Source of the DNA: Ophelia neglecta
Lineage: Eukaryota
Direction of reading: 5' to 3'
Assembly (NCBI GenBank): GCA_965285935.1
Contig: OZ260661.1
Coordinates: 113,088,001 to 113,152,000, forward strand
DNA length: 64,000 nt
Part shown: positions 42,771 through 53,587 of the stretch, in pieces
Numbering within the stretch: the first letter of the stretch is position 1
How the letters are laid out: every line of letters starts with the position of its first letter
Program-made: the position numbers and the translations under genes
The notes under the pieces: generated by a model
Database searches by the model: none
What the model was told of the DNA's origin: nothing
Seen by the model: only the letters and a program-made list of their open reading frames with translations

Positions 42771-43525
42771 TCACACATTTATTTGGCATTTTTGAAAGTG
42801 ACGTTTAAAGCTGGTCCTCCACCTGAAACGTTTTCCGCAGTTACTGCAACGGTGTTTTGGTTCTTGGTGTGGTGTCATATGTCGGGATAGTTTTTTCTTA
42901 GTGCCACTTCCAGTCAGCAAATGTCACATGCATATTTATTTGGTCTGTGGCAGTTCGTGTGTTCCTTCAAGCTTCTCTCATACATTTTTCTACAGCCTAG
43001 TTCTTTGCACTTAAATGGTTTCATCCCTGCATGTTTATTCACATGTCCTTGATATAAACTCTTTCGTCAGTAAAAGATTTATTACAAATGGCGCAGTGAC
43101 GTTGATTCCTTTGGTATTCACTCTGCTCACTGTGAGCATGTTGTGTATGCCATTGAAACTTATTCTGACTCGCAAATAAAAGGCCGCAAACTGGACAAAT
43201 CACAGGCTCATTTTCCCCGTGCACGCCTGTAACATGCTGCTTCAGGTCCGAAGGTAGAGCAAACTTTGACGGACAAAGACTGCAGACATTTTCCCTTGAG
43301 CCGTGCATCCTTTGCAGGTGTTTTCTGAAAGGGTCTCTGTGCCTTATTTGGAAGTGACATTCAAGGCACTGGTAACCCTTCAATGTCGGGGTAGCCTTTG
43401 CGGTCATTTTTTCCTTCACTATTTTTCCCATGCTCAGCGGTGGAGTCGCCTGTCCCTTGGTCAACCTCCTCCTCATAAACATTGAGGCTGGAGTCAAGGG
43501 GAGATATTGTGACTGCCATTAGACT
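42771..43525 (-). pseudogene. Tandem C2H2 zinc-finger gene (7 fingers), disrupted, inside the transposon
   Basis: Acceptor ctttctttttttacag|43525, ATG at 43519. Fingers CLEC..H..H, CSLC..H..H, CPVC..H..H, CAIC../QGHVNKH, linker AGMKPF, CKELGC..H..H, CDIC*../LSRHMTPH, CSNC..H...C, then TGA (42773-42771). Frameshifts at ~43050 and ~42893 (probably also ~43380), in-frame TGA at 42916-42914; AATAAA on the minus strand at 42261-42256. Confidence 0.9.
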
Positions 43526-43711
43526 CTGTAAAAAAGAAAGATGAGAAGTGCCTTAGATTAGTTATACCTTCATAGGCCTACATTATAGTATGTATGACAA
43601 GTGGAAGTAAAAATGTGACGCATATATTTTATGTTTGGCAGCCTTCCAAATAGAATTTTTTTCATCTTTTAATTTCAAAGGTGTTTATTGCAATACAATG
43701 CTACCAGAATG

Positions 43712-44284
43712 CAGTTTGTGATAACTTTCGAAGAGCCAGAATCTGCAGAGGGCTTCAAAACAATAAATTGCCATGTTTTGTACATTTAAGCCTCCGTCCG
43801 GTGTGCACATCACTTTTCCTGTCGCGCCGTTTGTTGTGGCTGCCCAACTCCGTCAGTAGCGACAACAAGTAAAACAATAAATAGCCTGTTTCTGGCTTAT
43901 TCAGATTTTTCTTACAGGTCATATGTATATGGGAATAACAAATAGGACCTACTTTACATAAATATGTCGACTAAAAGTATGGGATTTAGGTAATTAGCTC
44001 CTTATCGAGGGAAACAACTACTTGTCAATTAGCCGCGTCAGGGGAGGTCAGTAAATTGTCTCTCACCGATACATTTGACGATGGCATGGACTGAGATTTT
44101 ATTACAAGGAAACTAAACATATGTTTTTTCCAGGGGTCAATTATCTTATCAATCAGAAGCTTCTTTGTTTGTGAAAATTAAAATTTACTTACCTGCCGTT
44201 CCATCAAAACACGAACATGTGCTTGTTGTGATCCCACAAACATGACCGGAAGTCGTCGGTGAGTATATCACGTTGCCTACTGTG
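43712..44284 (-). repeat. Right terminal inverted repeat (573 bp)
   Basis: Reverse complement of 40768-41340; CCGGAAGT at 44246-44253; donor GT at 44192-44191 on the minus strand. Confidence 0.95.
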
Positions 44285-47200
44285 TATATGGATTTGTTCT
44301 GGAAGGGCAAGCAAAAAATGAACAACTGCTTAAACAGCAAGAATTGGTCCACGTCCCTATATTTACCGTGATACATCGGTAAATAAGCGGGTAAACTTTG
44401 ACCCCCGTCTATTGTAACCCTATCTATCTTTGGTCTCAACGACAGTGACTTAGCCCGAGTCTGATCAGTTTAACCACGCCTTTTCTCTCTTGTGAGAAAC
44501 AAATTAATTAAACCGTCAACGTTACAGATCTAGGCCTATACCTACAATGGGACTAATGGTGAAGTGCTGAGTTGTTGTTTTAATTATGTATACATAAGCT
44601 TACATATTAATTATTGTGACCAACCTGAGAGTTTGAAGTAATGTATCAAAATGTAACTATGTCATTATTTCATTGTTCTCTTTCATTGATGATGCCGACC
44701 ATGCTAATTATTATGTTATTTTGTGATACATTCAGACAAATGATGACATTAGTATTCTGAATCTTTGAAACAAAGGGCCTTTTGTTAGTAGGCCTATATC
44801 AAAGGGGATTACAGTAAAGAGAGAAACTTATTCTGACAATTTTCCAAACTTTCAGGTATCTCCCAAATTGGCAATATCTGTACACTATGTATGTTAAATC
44901 AATAGTTGCCTAGTACTAACTCGCCCCCGGACAAATTCGTGCTGGACCCGTACGTGTATACAAGAGCATTCACCACGTCGTATATAGACTGAGACAAATA
45001 TTTTGGCTGGACACACAGCCCCTCGGCACCTTCTGACCGTTCTATTTTTGCCCAACTACAAATCTCAAATGACTAAACAAGCACTTGGGTTTTGCACCCA
45101 TATAAACTTAACAAAAAAATCTCCTACAAAGTTAGGTAACTATATTTCAGGCACACCGGTGGCCATATGATTTAGGCCCATCGTCCTGTACTCTTCAGAT
45201 TCGAGAAATATTTAAGGAAAAATCAGCTGGCCAATAAATAATAATATACTTTTATGGGAACTCAATTATTATATTAACCCGTGATCGAGTTCAGTGACTT
45301 TTCAGTCAGAGCTCGCAATGTTAAATGCTTGTCTATATAGTCATCACAAATTCCAACAAGCTTGTATTGAAAATGTTTTGATCAAAACGGTTTTAGGAGG
45401 AGCCTATTGCCGATAAGCTCTTAAACGTACATAGCCACGCGCGCTGTTGGTAAACTTATTGCAAAGCTCCAAAATTGCTGTCCTTTCGCCTGTGTTTGTT
45501 CTTTACCAGGTAAGTTTGCACGAAGCTTTATCACAACTCGAGGGGAGGATAAACCAGCTTTGCCATTATTCAATTTGATATGATGAGTAAACGCGATTAT
45601 TGTTTGAAAATATCAAAATTGTATATTTAGACTTGTGTGTTCAAAGTATCTGCGACGCGTGCGCGGACAATGCCGGTAGCTTCTTAGGGTCGGAATAAAC
45701 ATAGATTAGACACTTATACTCAAATTAAGCCTATTAGCGTCGTTCTAATTCCGGATGAATTTGTATCCTTACTAACAGCGTTAAGCGGAGCGGGGTGAAC
45801 TTTATAAACTGTCAACAGACTTTAACTAACTGTTCAAGTGCAAAGCTCAGACTCGATCAAGTAAATATCTCTTATTCCGTGTAAACAAGTTACGAGTGGC
45901 CGGGCATATTCATACGCCATGGTAATATAGGTGTAAAGTGCTTACACTGTTCTCTGCTTTCTATAGGGCTACCTTAACAGCAATAGAACAGTCACCACCA
46001 GATATATATATTTTAAAAAAGACCATGACACAGCACCAGGCACAATGGACCATTTTCTCATCTAACAAGATTGCAAAACCAATGACATTGGAGACTTTTT
46101 CATTTGCTCTAATGTGTTCCCTTGATATCATTCGGTGAATGAAAATCATCGCGGAGATCTGAAAGCGGCCGAAATGAGAGTTTTCTAAGGAAGCTATGCC
46201 ATGTCGTGACATTCAATGCCCCTCGCATCAATTTTTTCCTCAAATTATCATCTCTTTTCGCATTCCCGTCCTCCACAACATAGAATCTTTCATGAACGTA
46301 ACAAAGCAACTTTTGTGTGGTTTCCTGAAAGAATATAATGTATGCCGCTCCGAATGTTCTTTGGTATATACTGGGTCGGCTGGGACCAGAAGACCAATGT
46401 TTCCATCAAAGAATACAGGCGCACTGGGTGTAAATTTCTAGCTGGAGGGATTCAATTCAGCTGAAAACGTCCAAACTTGCTAAGTGGTCCTCCAGAAAGG
46501 CTACCCGGAGGAAAACTTATGTTCCGGTTTTCTAAAGGACCCCTTAATGCTTTCCACTATGCATTCAAACAGGGCTGCGCCTATCTGCCAAACTTGACGA
46601 GTCGAACACACACAAAAGCACAATAGGCAATGTTTGCAAATAGTAGAATTCTTCGTAAGACATGAAACAGCCCGCCAAATGTGTAGAAGAGAAAGAGGAC
46701 CGCTGTGAAATAAAGAAAGGGGATATCTATATGAGTATCTTGTTAGCCATTTGTCGAGCACGCCCGATTAGTTCCGGAGAATATCGAGCGGGTGCATGCC
46801 ACTTTAGCCTACGGAGCACCACTTTAGTCTGGACCTGGACACAATGTACCCCAAGCTGCCCCCTACTCAATGCCATTGTTGGGGATATGATAAAACGGAC
46901 ACATTCTGGATGTGCATTTTTCAACCTGTCCATTGATAGGGCAGAGGATGCCCTAAGGCGGGCAGCCCACAAGAACAAGTGCCTCGATCACTCCTAAAAC
47001 CCGTCGCGCCGTGGACAACATTTTCGTAACAGTTTTAGCTGTTATCTGGCTCTAAAAAAAAATCAATTATAACCGAGAAACATCGGACAGTAAATAGGCC
47101 TAGCGAGCGACAAGCGGGCAGTCGAATATAACAGCGGAGCGAGCTTATTAGATGTCACGGCTAGGCCTCTAGATGGAAACAAAATGCATGGAAATGGTAC

Positions 47201-47532
47201 CGATTTCAGTTAGTTATATAGTGTGATGCTTGAGAGTTTTGCCTTCGCCAACTGATCCGGCGATGTCGTAGTAGTGGTAGTAGATCTCTACTCATTTTGG
47301 TTTCACTGAGGTGGAATTAACCTTAGTCATTTTTGGATTGCATAGCCTCTCAATGCGTTCGTTTGTAATACAAATCATCGCACAATTTAGATTTTAATTT
47401 AACGAGTGTTATGTATTGGGTGATTGTAATGATATTTATAATCGAGGATTTAATTTGTGATCATATTGAAGCAGGCATATATAGGTCAAAATGCTAGCGG
47501 TAGCATCAATTATTGCAATACACGTACACATA

Positions 47533-47710
47533 CAGTGAAAGCTATAAATTAAGACCACCAAAGGGACTGGAGAATACTGGTCTGATTTTGGAGGTGGTCT
47601 GTTTAGACAGGCTATTTAACATTGAAAGTATACAGTATGGCCATCATATTGGTGGTTTTAATTGACAGGTGGACTGATTATAAAGGTGGTCTTTGAGGCA
47701 GGTTTGACTG
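47533..47710. mobile_element. Tc1/mariner (pogo/Tigger-type) MITE, 178 bp
   Basis: TA|CAGTGAAAGCT...AAGACCACC at the left and GGTGGTCTT...AGGTTTGACTG|TA at the right (imperfect TIRs, TA TSD); internal repeated GGTGGTC motifs. Confidence 0.75.
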
Positions 47711-50700
47711 TAGCTGATAGGGGAGAGCGAGGCAAAATGGACGTGGGGCTAGACAGGGCAAACCCTATTTCTGATTCAAGACATGTCTTTTTTCTTGTAA
47801 AATGGATTCGCCTAAAGGTTCTCAGAAGCACGGGAAGCATTTTGTCGGTGTTTCAGAAAAAAAACACGGTGAAGCATTTTGTCGACGAGTAAAAATACAT
47901 ACAAATATATTCAATAGCCTGCAATAGCAAAAATGGACGATTAAATTAGAAGGTTAAAATGAAAGTTTCCTTAATGATCAAGAGCTCCGCACGATGAAAC
48001 TGTGGAGTGGCAAATGAGAGGTCCCGTATTTTCTAACAATAACGGTCTATATGTTTTAAAAGAAGGACATTTTAATCATGTCAATGGGAATGTCTGACAT
48101 GCTTGTGGGCAAGGATTGATTAGTCAGCCCAAACCCATGCCTTGGTCACATACAGACTTGTTATAGGCTACATCATTTGAAATGCCTTAGGGCAGGCCTA
48201 GTGGACTACATGTATATGCTACTTAAATCTTGTCCCACATTTTTTCCTTTCCTGCTTTATAGAGAAATAAAAGTGACATTAACATTTATTAATAGAATTG
48301 TGATTCAAAATAGTCTTCATTAGATAGGCCTAGGCTAGATATGCGTATATCTCGATTACTATCATTGCATTATATATATATGTTTTGTAAGACTTTCCTG
48401 AAACTTATATAGATTAATTAAATCATGCGTTGTTTCGTTTGGGGCGCGCTTCGCCCACTCGCCGACAGCTAGGCCTCCGATAGCTTCTAAACTATCAGAC
48501 ACACGCACCTACTGAAAATATTGAATGCAAGTGATAATATGGGATATAAAGGCGTAAAATTTGCCAACAACTTTCTCCTTTCTCGTACCCTTGACTGGCG
48601 GGAAGCTGTCGATACTTTTGTCCTTTTCAGCAGGGCTCCCCATCCGGTTGACAAACACCCAGCAGGTTCTCTGTTTTGTGGGAATAAATCTGTTTGTTTG
48701 CAGCAACCATAGACACCTATTTAGTGTGATTCACCACGACGGCTTATTGTGTGTTTATTAAAGGATCTTCCACTTTTCATTTAGGGCACAACAGTAACAT
48801 TGCAAAAAAGGCTCCCCTATAGCTAATATCGAGAGACATCTAAGTTGTAATCGGTAAGTGACAAAGAACCATATACATGCATTGTAGCAGATTATGAAAG
48901 AATCACCTTATTTATATTTATATTTATATTCGTACAGTTAATTTTCCTTACAGGAAATTGCCTTAGTTATAGGCTAGATCGTCTTAGTATCTATATACTG
49001 TCGGTCACAATTCGGTAGGAGTGTCGTCCTCGCGCAGGTACAACAGGACACCCGACCATAGCAATTTACAAGATTTCTTTATAGGCCTACATTATATTTT
49101 CAAGAGCTTATAAATATCAATTTGTAGACTAGGCTAAATCATGCCCATTACCTGGATAACAATGTGGGGGGGGCATTTATAAGTATCAAAGTGTGAACAC
49201 AAAGCTATAGGCATATAGAATGGGCCATACATGGTAGAGAGTTCGCTTAATGAAAAGGGAGCAAGTTATTTGGGCCCTGCTATCATATCAGAAAACGTGA
49301 CATAACATAATGTTCTGTTTTCCTTTTAATACACAACCGGATTTCCAGCCGAGAGCCAACCAAAGCGTCCGATGAATAACGATACCTTACAAATTGGTCT
49401 AAATGGAAGAGTTTTACCACACATCGTCAACAGGTCGAGATGCTATACCCAATTTCTCCATTTGGAGGCAGACGGCCGGAACACGTCCATTCGCTCATGC
49501 GCATAATCAATTCTGGCTTGGAAATTTGTCGCCAGGGAGGTTTTGACATCTTTTGCCCTAAGGCTATCTCTCGTTAAGGACAACCAACGTCAAATTATGT
49601 CTAAATTATGTTTAAAGTATTTGTCCTCTTCTGATGGGGAAAACTGATAGATAATGTGAGACATCAACACGTAGAGGAACACCTACACGAAGAATCGTCA
49701 ATTGAAAGCATCATGCGAAAAATATTTTTCCCCGAGTTTTAGGCCAACCTCAAAAGTTTCATATTACAATGAAAAGAATGTCAAATTACATTTTAAAGAA
49801 ACATATTAATGTAGTTCACAGATAATCACGATACCATGTTGCCAATATTCATGGCACACCTACTGCATTTAATTTCAAATGTATAAAGTTGACATAAGGA
49901 CAGTTGATTGAAAACTGTCACACATGAGAACAAGTCCACCAAATACGATTTGATTGCCTCTAGATTGGTCTGCTTTTTCATCTTGCATTGCCGTTATATG
50001 TACAGGGCGCTTTACTGTTTTTTAAACATTTTCCAATTTCCCCGCAAATAACATTGTGTTCAATCAGAATTGGTTTATTGCAGCTGCATCACAGGAGGAC
50101 CCAACCGTTGACTGTGGCATCTGCGAAGCTATATATCGAAGCAATATTGTAGCGATGATGGGGTTATTCTTATGTTAATTTTCACACACCTGATTCTCCA
50201 GTCGACAATAGGTGAATACGCTGTAATTTTCTAGTTGAGCACCGGGCCTATGCCGTCTTTTGATGCAGTTGGTGACACAAAGCACGGCTGGGTTGGATAA
50301 TTATTCAACCTAAATATAACCCTTTTAACGTCCGCCCCAACCAAAAGTGTAATTATTGCTGGAAATGCAAGGTATAACTTTCTAAGGGAGGGTATTCAGT
50401 GCTTACAAAGGGTTAGGGACATTTTAATACACTCGCTACAGCTCCAAATGGCCTTGTTTACATTCAACGCTAAAAAGGCTATGAACTGTTGGTCAGCGGG
50501 CGCAGTCTATATGTATAAACCTAGGACTATAGGTCTGGTAAAAGTACATCCACGCTGTGTTGTTTATAAGCCTATAGGCCTATACAAACGCACTCAAACA
50601 TAATATGTTTCTTGCTCTTTAGGAGTCCATTGTGTGATAGGCCCATAAAGGTGCTTTCCTATTGCCAAATCAGTGCGTTAAGTCTCTATTGACGTATACC

Positions 50701-51151
50701 AATCTTAGCTTCGTTGAGGCTAGTCCCTTCTGATAATATTTACATCGGCAACTTTTTGCGACAGCCGAAAGAAAGTTCTATTTATTTGCAAAAGCAGCAC
50801 AGGAGAAGTCGCCAAGCTTGAATGGTAGTGAACAAACTGGAAAGGTGAAAGATCATTATGTACAGTTATTGAAGCGATCAAACAAACCCGCTTGTAAATA
50901 CTAATGATATTAAAGACAGGTTGATCCTTATTTGACACACTAGGGCTACTCTACTATTTACCCGAGGGATGAGCCAACCAACGTGTGCCAATACACCTTA
51001 TAATTCTTAACATCACCACACGCTGATACTCGGAGCACTGTGTTATCATTTATAAAACTCCGATTAAGTTTGATTCCGATTTAACTCTGAAGTGGTTGGG
51101 TACTTACAAATTGATCTAGATATTTGTTAAGAATGATTAAAGCTAATACTC

Positions 51152-52687
51152 GTGACTATTGCAAAGTTTGGGTTCATTCCAGGAGACTCAACTGTAAACA
51201 AGATACTTCATATTTGTCAAAACATTTACCGAGCTCTGGACGCCGGGGACGAAATGCTGGCGATCTTTCTTGATTTTTCTAAGGCATTTGACAGAGTTTG
51301 GCATGCTGGTCTTTTATATAAACTTAGGATGCTTGGCATTCGTGGTAAAACACACAAGTGGCTGGCAAGCTATTTGCATTGTCGTCGACAGCGGGTAGTA
51401 CTTCCCGGGGGAATGTCGTCGTGGGGAGAGGTGCCTGCCGGTGTGCCACAAGGGTCGGTTCTCGGACCGCTCTTGTTTCTGATATATATAAACGACATTG
51501 TTGATGATATTCAGTCCGATGTCAATCTTTTTGCAGACGACACTTCCCTTTTCTCCAGGATAGAGCAGGGCAAAACAGCGGACGCCTGTCTCACTCTCAA
51601 TCGAGACCTCGAACATGTTTCTCAGTGGTGCAAATCGTGGCATGTGGGCATTAATGCTAACAAAACTAAATGTTTGCTCATCAGCAAAAAAACGGTCCCT
51701 TCGCCTGCTTTTCCCTTGATTTTAAACAGTTCTGTACTCGAGCTTTCTGAAACAGCTACCTTTCTTGGCGTTATCTTAAATAACAGAGCTACATGGGACT
51801 CTCATATCAATGATTGTATTAAAAAGGCAGCCCTCCGTCTTAACCTTCTAAGACCACTAAAATATAAGTGCTCTAGGAAAGGTCTGGACATGGCTTATAA
51901 ATCCTTTGTGAGACCAGTCTTGGAATATGGCAATATTGTCTTTGACAACTGCGACAACTATTTAGCTCGTAGTCTTGAAGGTCTAAACTTGTCTGCTGCA
52001 AGGCTAGTCTGTGGTGCTCGACGTGGCACGTCTCACCAAGCTCTTCTCTCTGAAGTCGGTTGGGCCTCTCTCTCAGACCGACGTACCTATTGCAGACTCA
52101 TGAAACTGCGCAATATAGTCTTTCAGCAGGCACCTCAGTATTTACTTTCCCATTTACCGGCGAAGGTAAATCATCGCCATAACACACGCTCATCTCTCAC
52201 GTTGAAAATTCCTTTAATGAAGTGTCGAACTGAGTATTTTAAATCATCTTTTTTCCCCAAAACAATATCTGAATGGAACTCCCTGCCTGTTGAAACACAA
52301 TTATTACCAACTTCCCTTGCTTTCAAACGTAAAATAAACCCTACACCTGGTCCACCTCCCGTGTTTTACCATCTGGGTTCACGCCCAATCAATGTTTGCG
52401 TGGCACAAATGCGACTCAATTGCAGTGAGTTACGCTACCATTTGTACTGTAATCACTGTGTTGAAAGCCCACTGTGCGAGTGTGGTGAGGAAAGCGAGAC
52501 ACCCTTTCATTATTTCTTTTGTTGCTTGCGTTTTGCGGCTCCCAGGGGCGCCCTGCTGGACTTTCTGCACTCAAATGGTATACCAGTGTCTGTTGCATCA
52601 ATTCTCTATGGTACAAAAAATTCAACTATTAATATTAGATTAATGTCTACCCTTGAAACATTTATACAATCCACTAGACGGTTTTAA
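51152..52687 (+). CDS. LINE ORF2 C-terminal part: reverse transcriptase plus C-terminal Cys/His motif (lacks endonuclease and a true start codon)
   Basis: Motifs GF.PGDST, FLDFSKAFDRVWH, GVPQGSVLGPLLFLIYIND, LFADDT, FLGV, YKSFVRPVLEY, SFFPKTISEWNSLP and CECG..ET..HYFFCC; uninterrupted for ~505 codons. The first few codons are flanking DNA. Confidence 0.93.
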   Translation: MTIAKFGFIPGDSTVNKILHICQNIYRALDAGDEMLAIFLDFSKAFDRVWHAGLLYKLRMLGIRGKTHKWLASYLHCRRQRVVLPGGMSSWGEVPAGVPQGSVLGPLLFLIYINDIVDDIQSDVNLFADDTSLFSRIEQGKTADACLTLNRDLEHVSQWCKSWHVGINANKTKCLLISKKTVPSPAFPLILNSSVLELSETATFLGVILNNRATWDSHINDCIKKAALRLNLLRPLKYKCSRKGLDMAYKSFVRPVLEYGNIVFDNCDNYLARSLEGLNLSAARLVCGARRGTSHQALLSEVGWASLSDRRTYCRLMKLRNIVFQQAPQYLLSHLPAKVNHRHNTRSSLTLKIPLMKCRTEYFKSSFFPKTISEWNSLPVETQLLPTSLAFKRKINPTPGPPPVFYHLGSRPINVCVAQMRLNCSELRYHLYCNHCVESPLCECGEESETPFHYFFCCLRFAAPRGALLDFLHSNGIPVSVASILYGTKNSTINIRLMSTLETFIQSTRRF

Positions 52688-52993
52688 TAAAATTTGAACC
52701 TGTATTTACATTGAACATATAAAGGTAATTTATCAATATTTTCTATGCAACAGACACGTACTACATTAATGAATGATCAGTGATTTATTTATTTATTTAT
52801 TTTTTCCTCTCTTTTACCTATAGTCTACTTGGTTTCAGCTTTGCTTCATTTTTCTTTGTTGTTGTAAATACGTTAAACTTTACTATGTTACCTTATTATA
52901 TATGTCATTTAATATTAATCTGTATTGTTATTAAGGAGAGACCGCTCGATTAGCCTAGCGCTACTCGGTCAATCCAAATAAATATGTTTAAAC
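51170..52993 (+). mobile_element. 5'-truncated non-LTR retrotransposon (CR1-group LINE)
   Basis: Open RT frame, then a T-rich 3' UTR, a terminal stem-loop (GGA..GACCG...CGGTC..TCC, 52935-52975) and AATAAA at 52977-52982; candidate TSD CAAAGTTT at 51162-51169 and 52994-53001. Confidence 0.9.
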
Positions 52994-53089
52994 CAAAGTT
53001 TATATGTACGGATGCCGCGCTTAGTCAGGTTGGAAAGCGAGGGTGGACTATTTTTCAAAGCGGAGGGATCGCATAGCGACCGCATTGCC

Positions 53090-53587
53090 TTGTTTTCATT
53101 GGCGGACATGGTCTTTGGCTGGAAGAGGTTTACCACTGGGGCCTTATTATACAGCTCTAGAGAGAGAGAGAGAGAGAGAGCTAGCTCGGGGATAAGCTGC
53201 AGCTAGTCGGATCGATCAAACAACATCGCATCAGCCCAGACTTTGCCTCGCATAAGCCTCTCTTTTACAAGGTTAAGTCTTGTTTTAGTTTTAGATTATG
53301 TTTTGGGTAAATCCTTTTGGCGAACGTCTTATGAACACAGTCTCAGTTGATATCTCGCAATCGACGGAAGTATGTCTTATACATGGGTGCACGTCCTAAG
53401 TTTCCCATATGTCAGGCATATAGGGAACCATCTTCATTTGTCAAAATGGTTTGATAGTTTGACAAGGATATTCACACTCTCTTTTCAATTCTACTTCAGC
53501 TGATTAGCCACCAAGGCCGATTGGGAAGACTAAAGAAAGACGCATCCTTTTGCAGGAGAACGCTAAAGTCAAACAGGGCAGGTGAGT
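53090..53587 (+). promoter_or_regulatory. Candidate promoter with two non-coding exons
   Basis: Inverted CCAAT (53098-53102), TTATTATA (53144-53151), GAGA run, AAG|GTTAAG (53272), pyrimidine tract + cag|53500, and CAG|GTGAGT (53582). Confidence 0.3.
53159..53180. repeat. (AG)11 microsatellite / GAGA element
   Basis: Read directly from the sequence. Confidence 0.9.

Larger units (their letters stand above)
40768..44284. mobile_element. Non-autonomous cut-and-paste DNA transposon with long TIRs (CAC...GTG ends; Transib/RAG-like or other CMC-group), carrying two convergent genes
   Basis: 573-bp TIRs (40768-41340 and 43712-44284) with ~20 mismatches and no indels by hand alignment (~96.5% identity); termini 5'-CACAGTAGGC...GCCTACTGTG-3'; TATAT on both sides (40763-40767 and 44285-44289). 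Confidence 0.92.

Noticed and set aside
51314-52643. Alternative-frame and antisense ORFs within the LINE
   Set aside because: Shadows of the RT reading frame.
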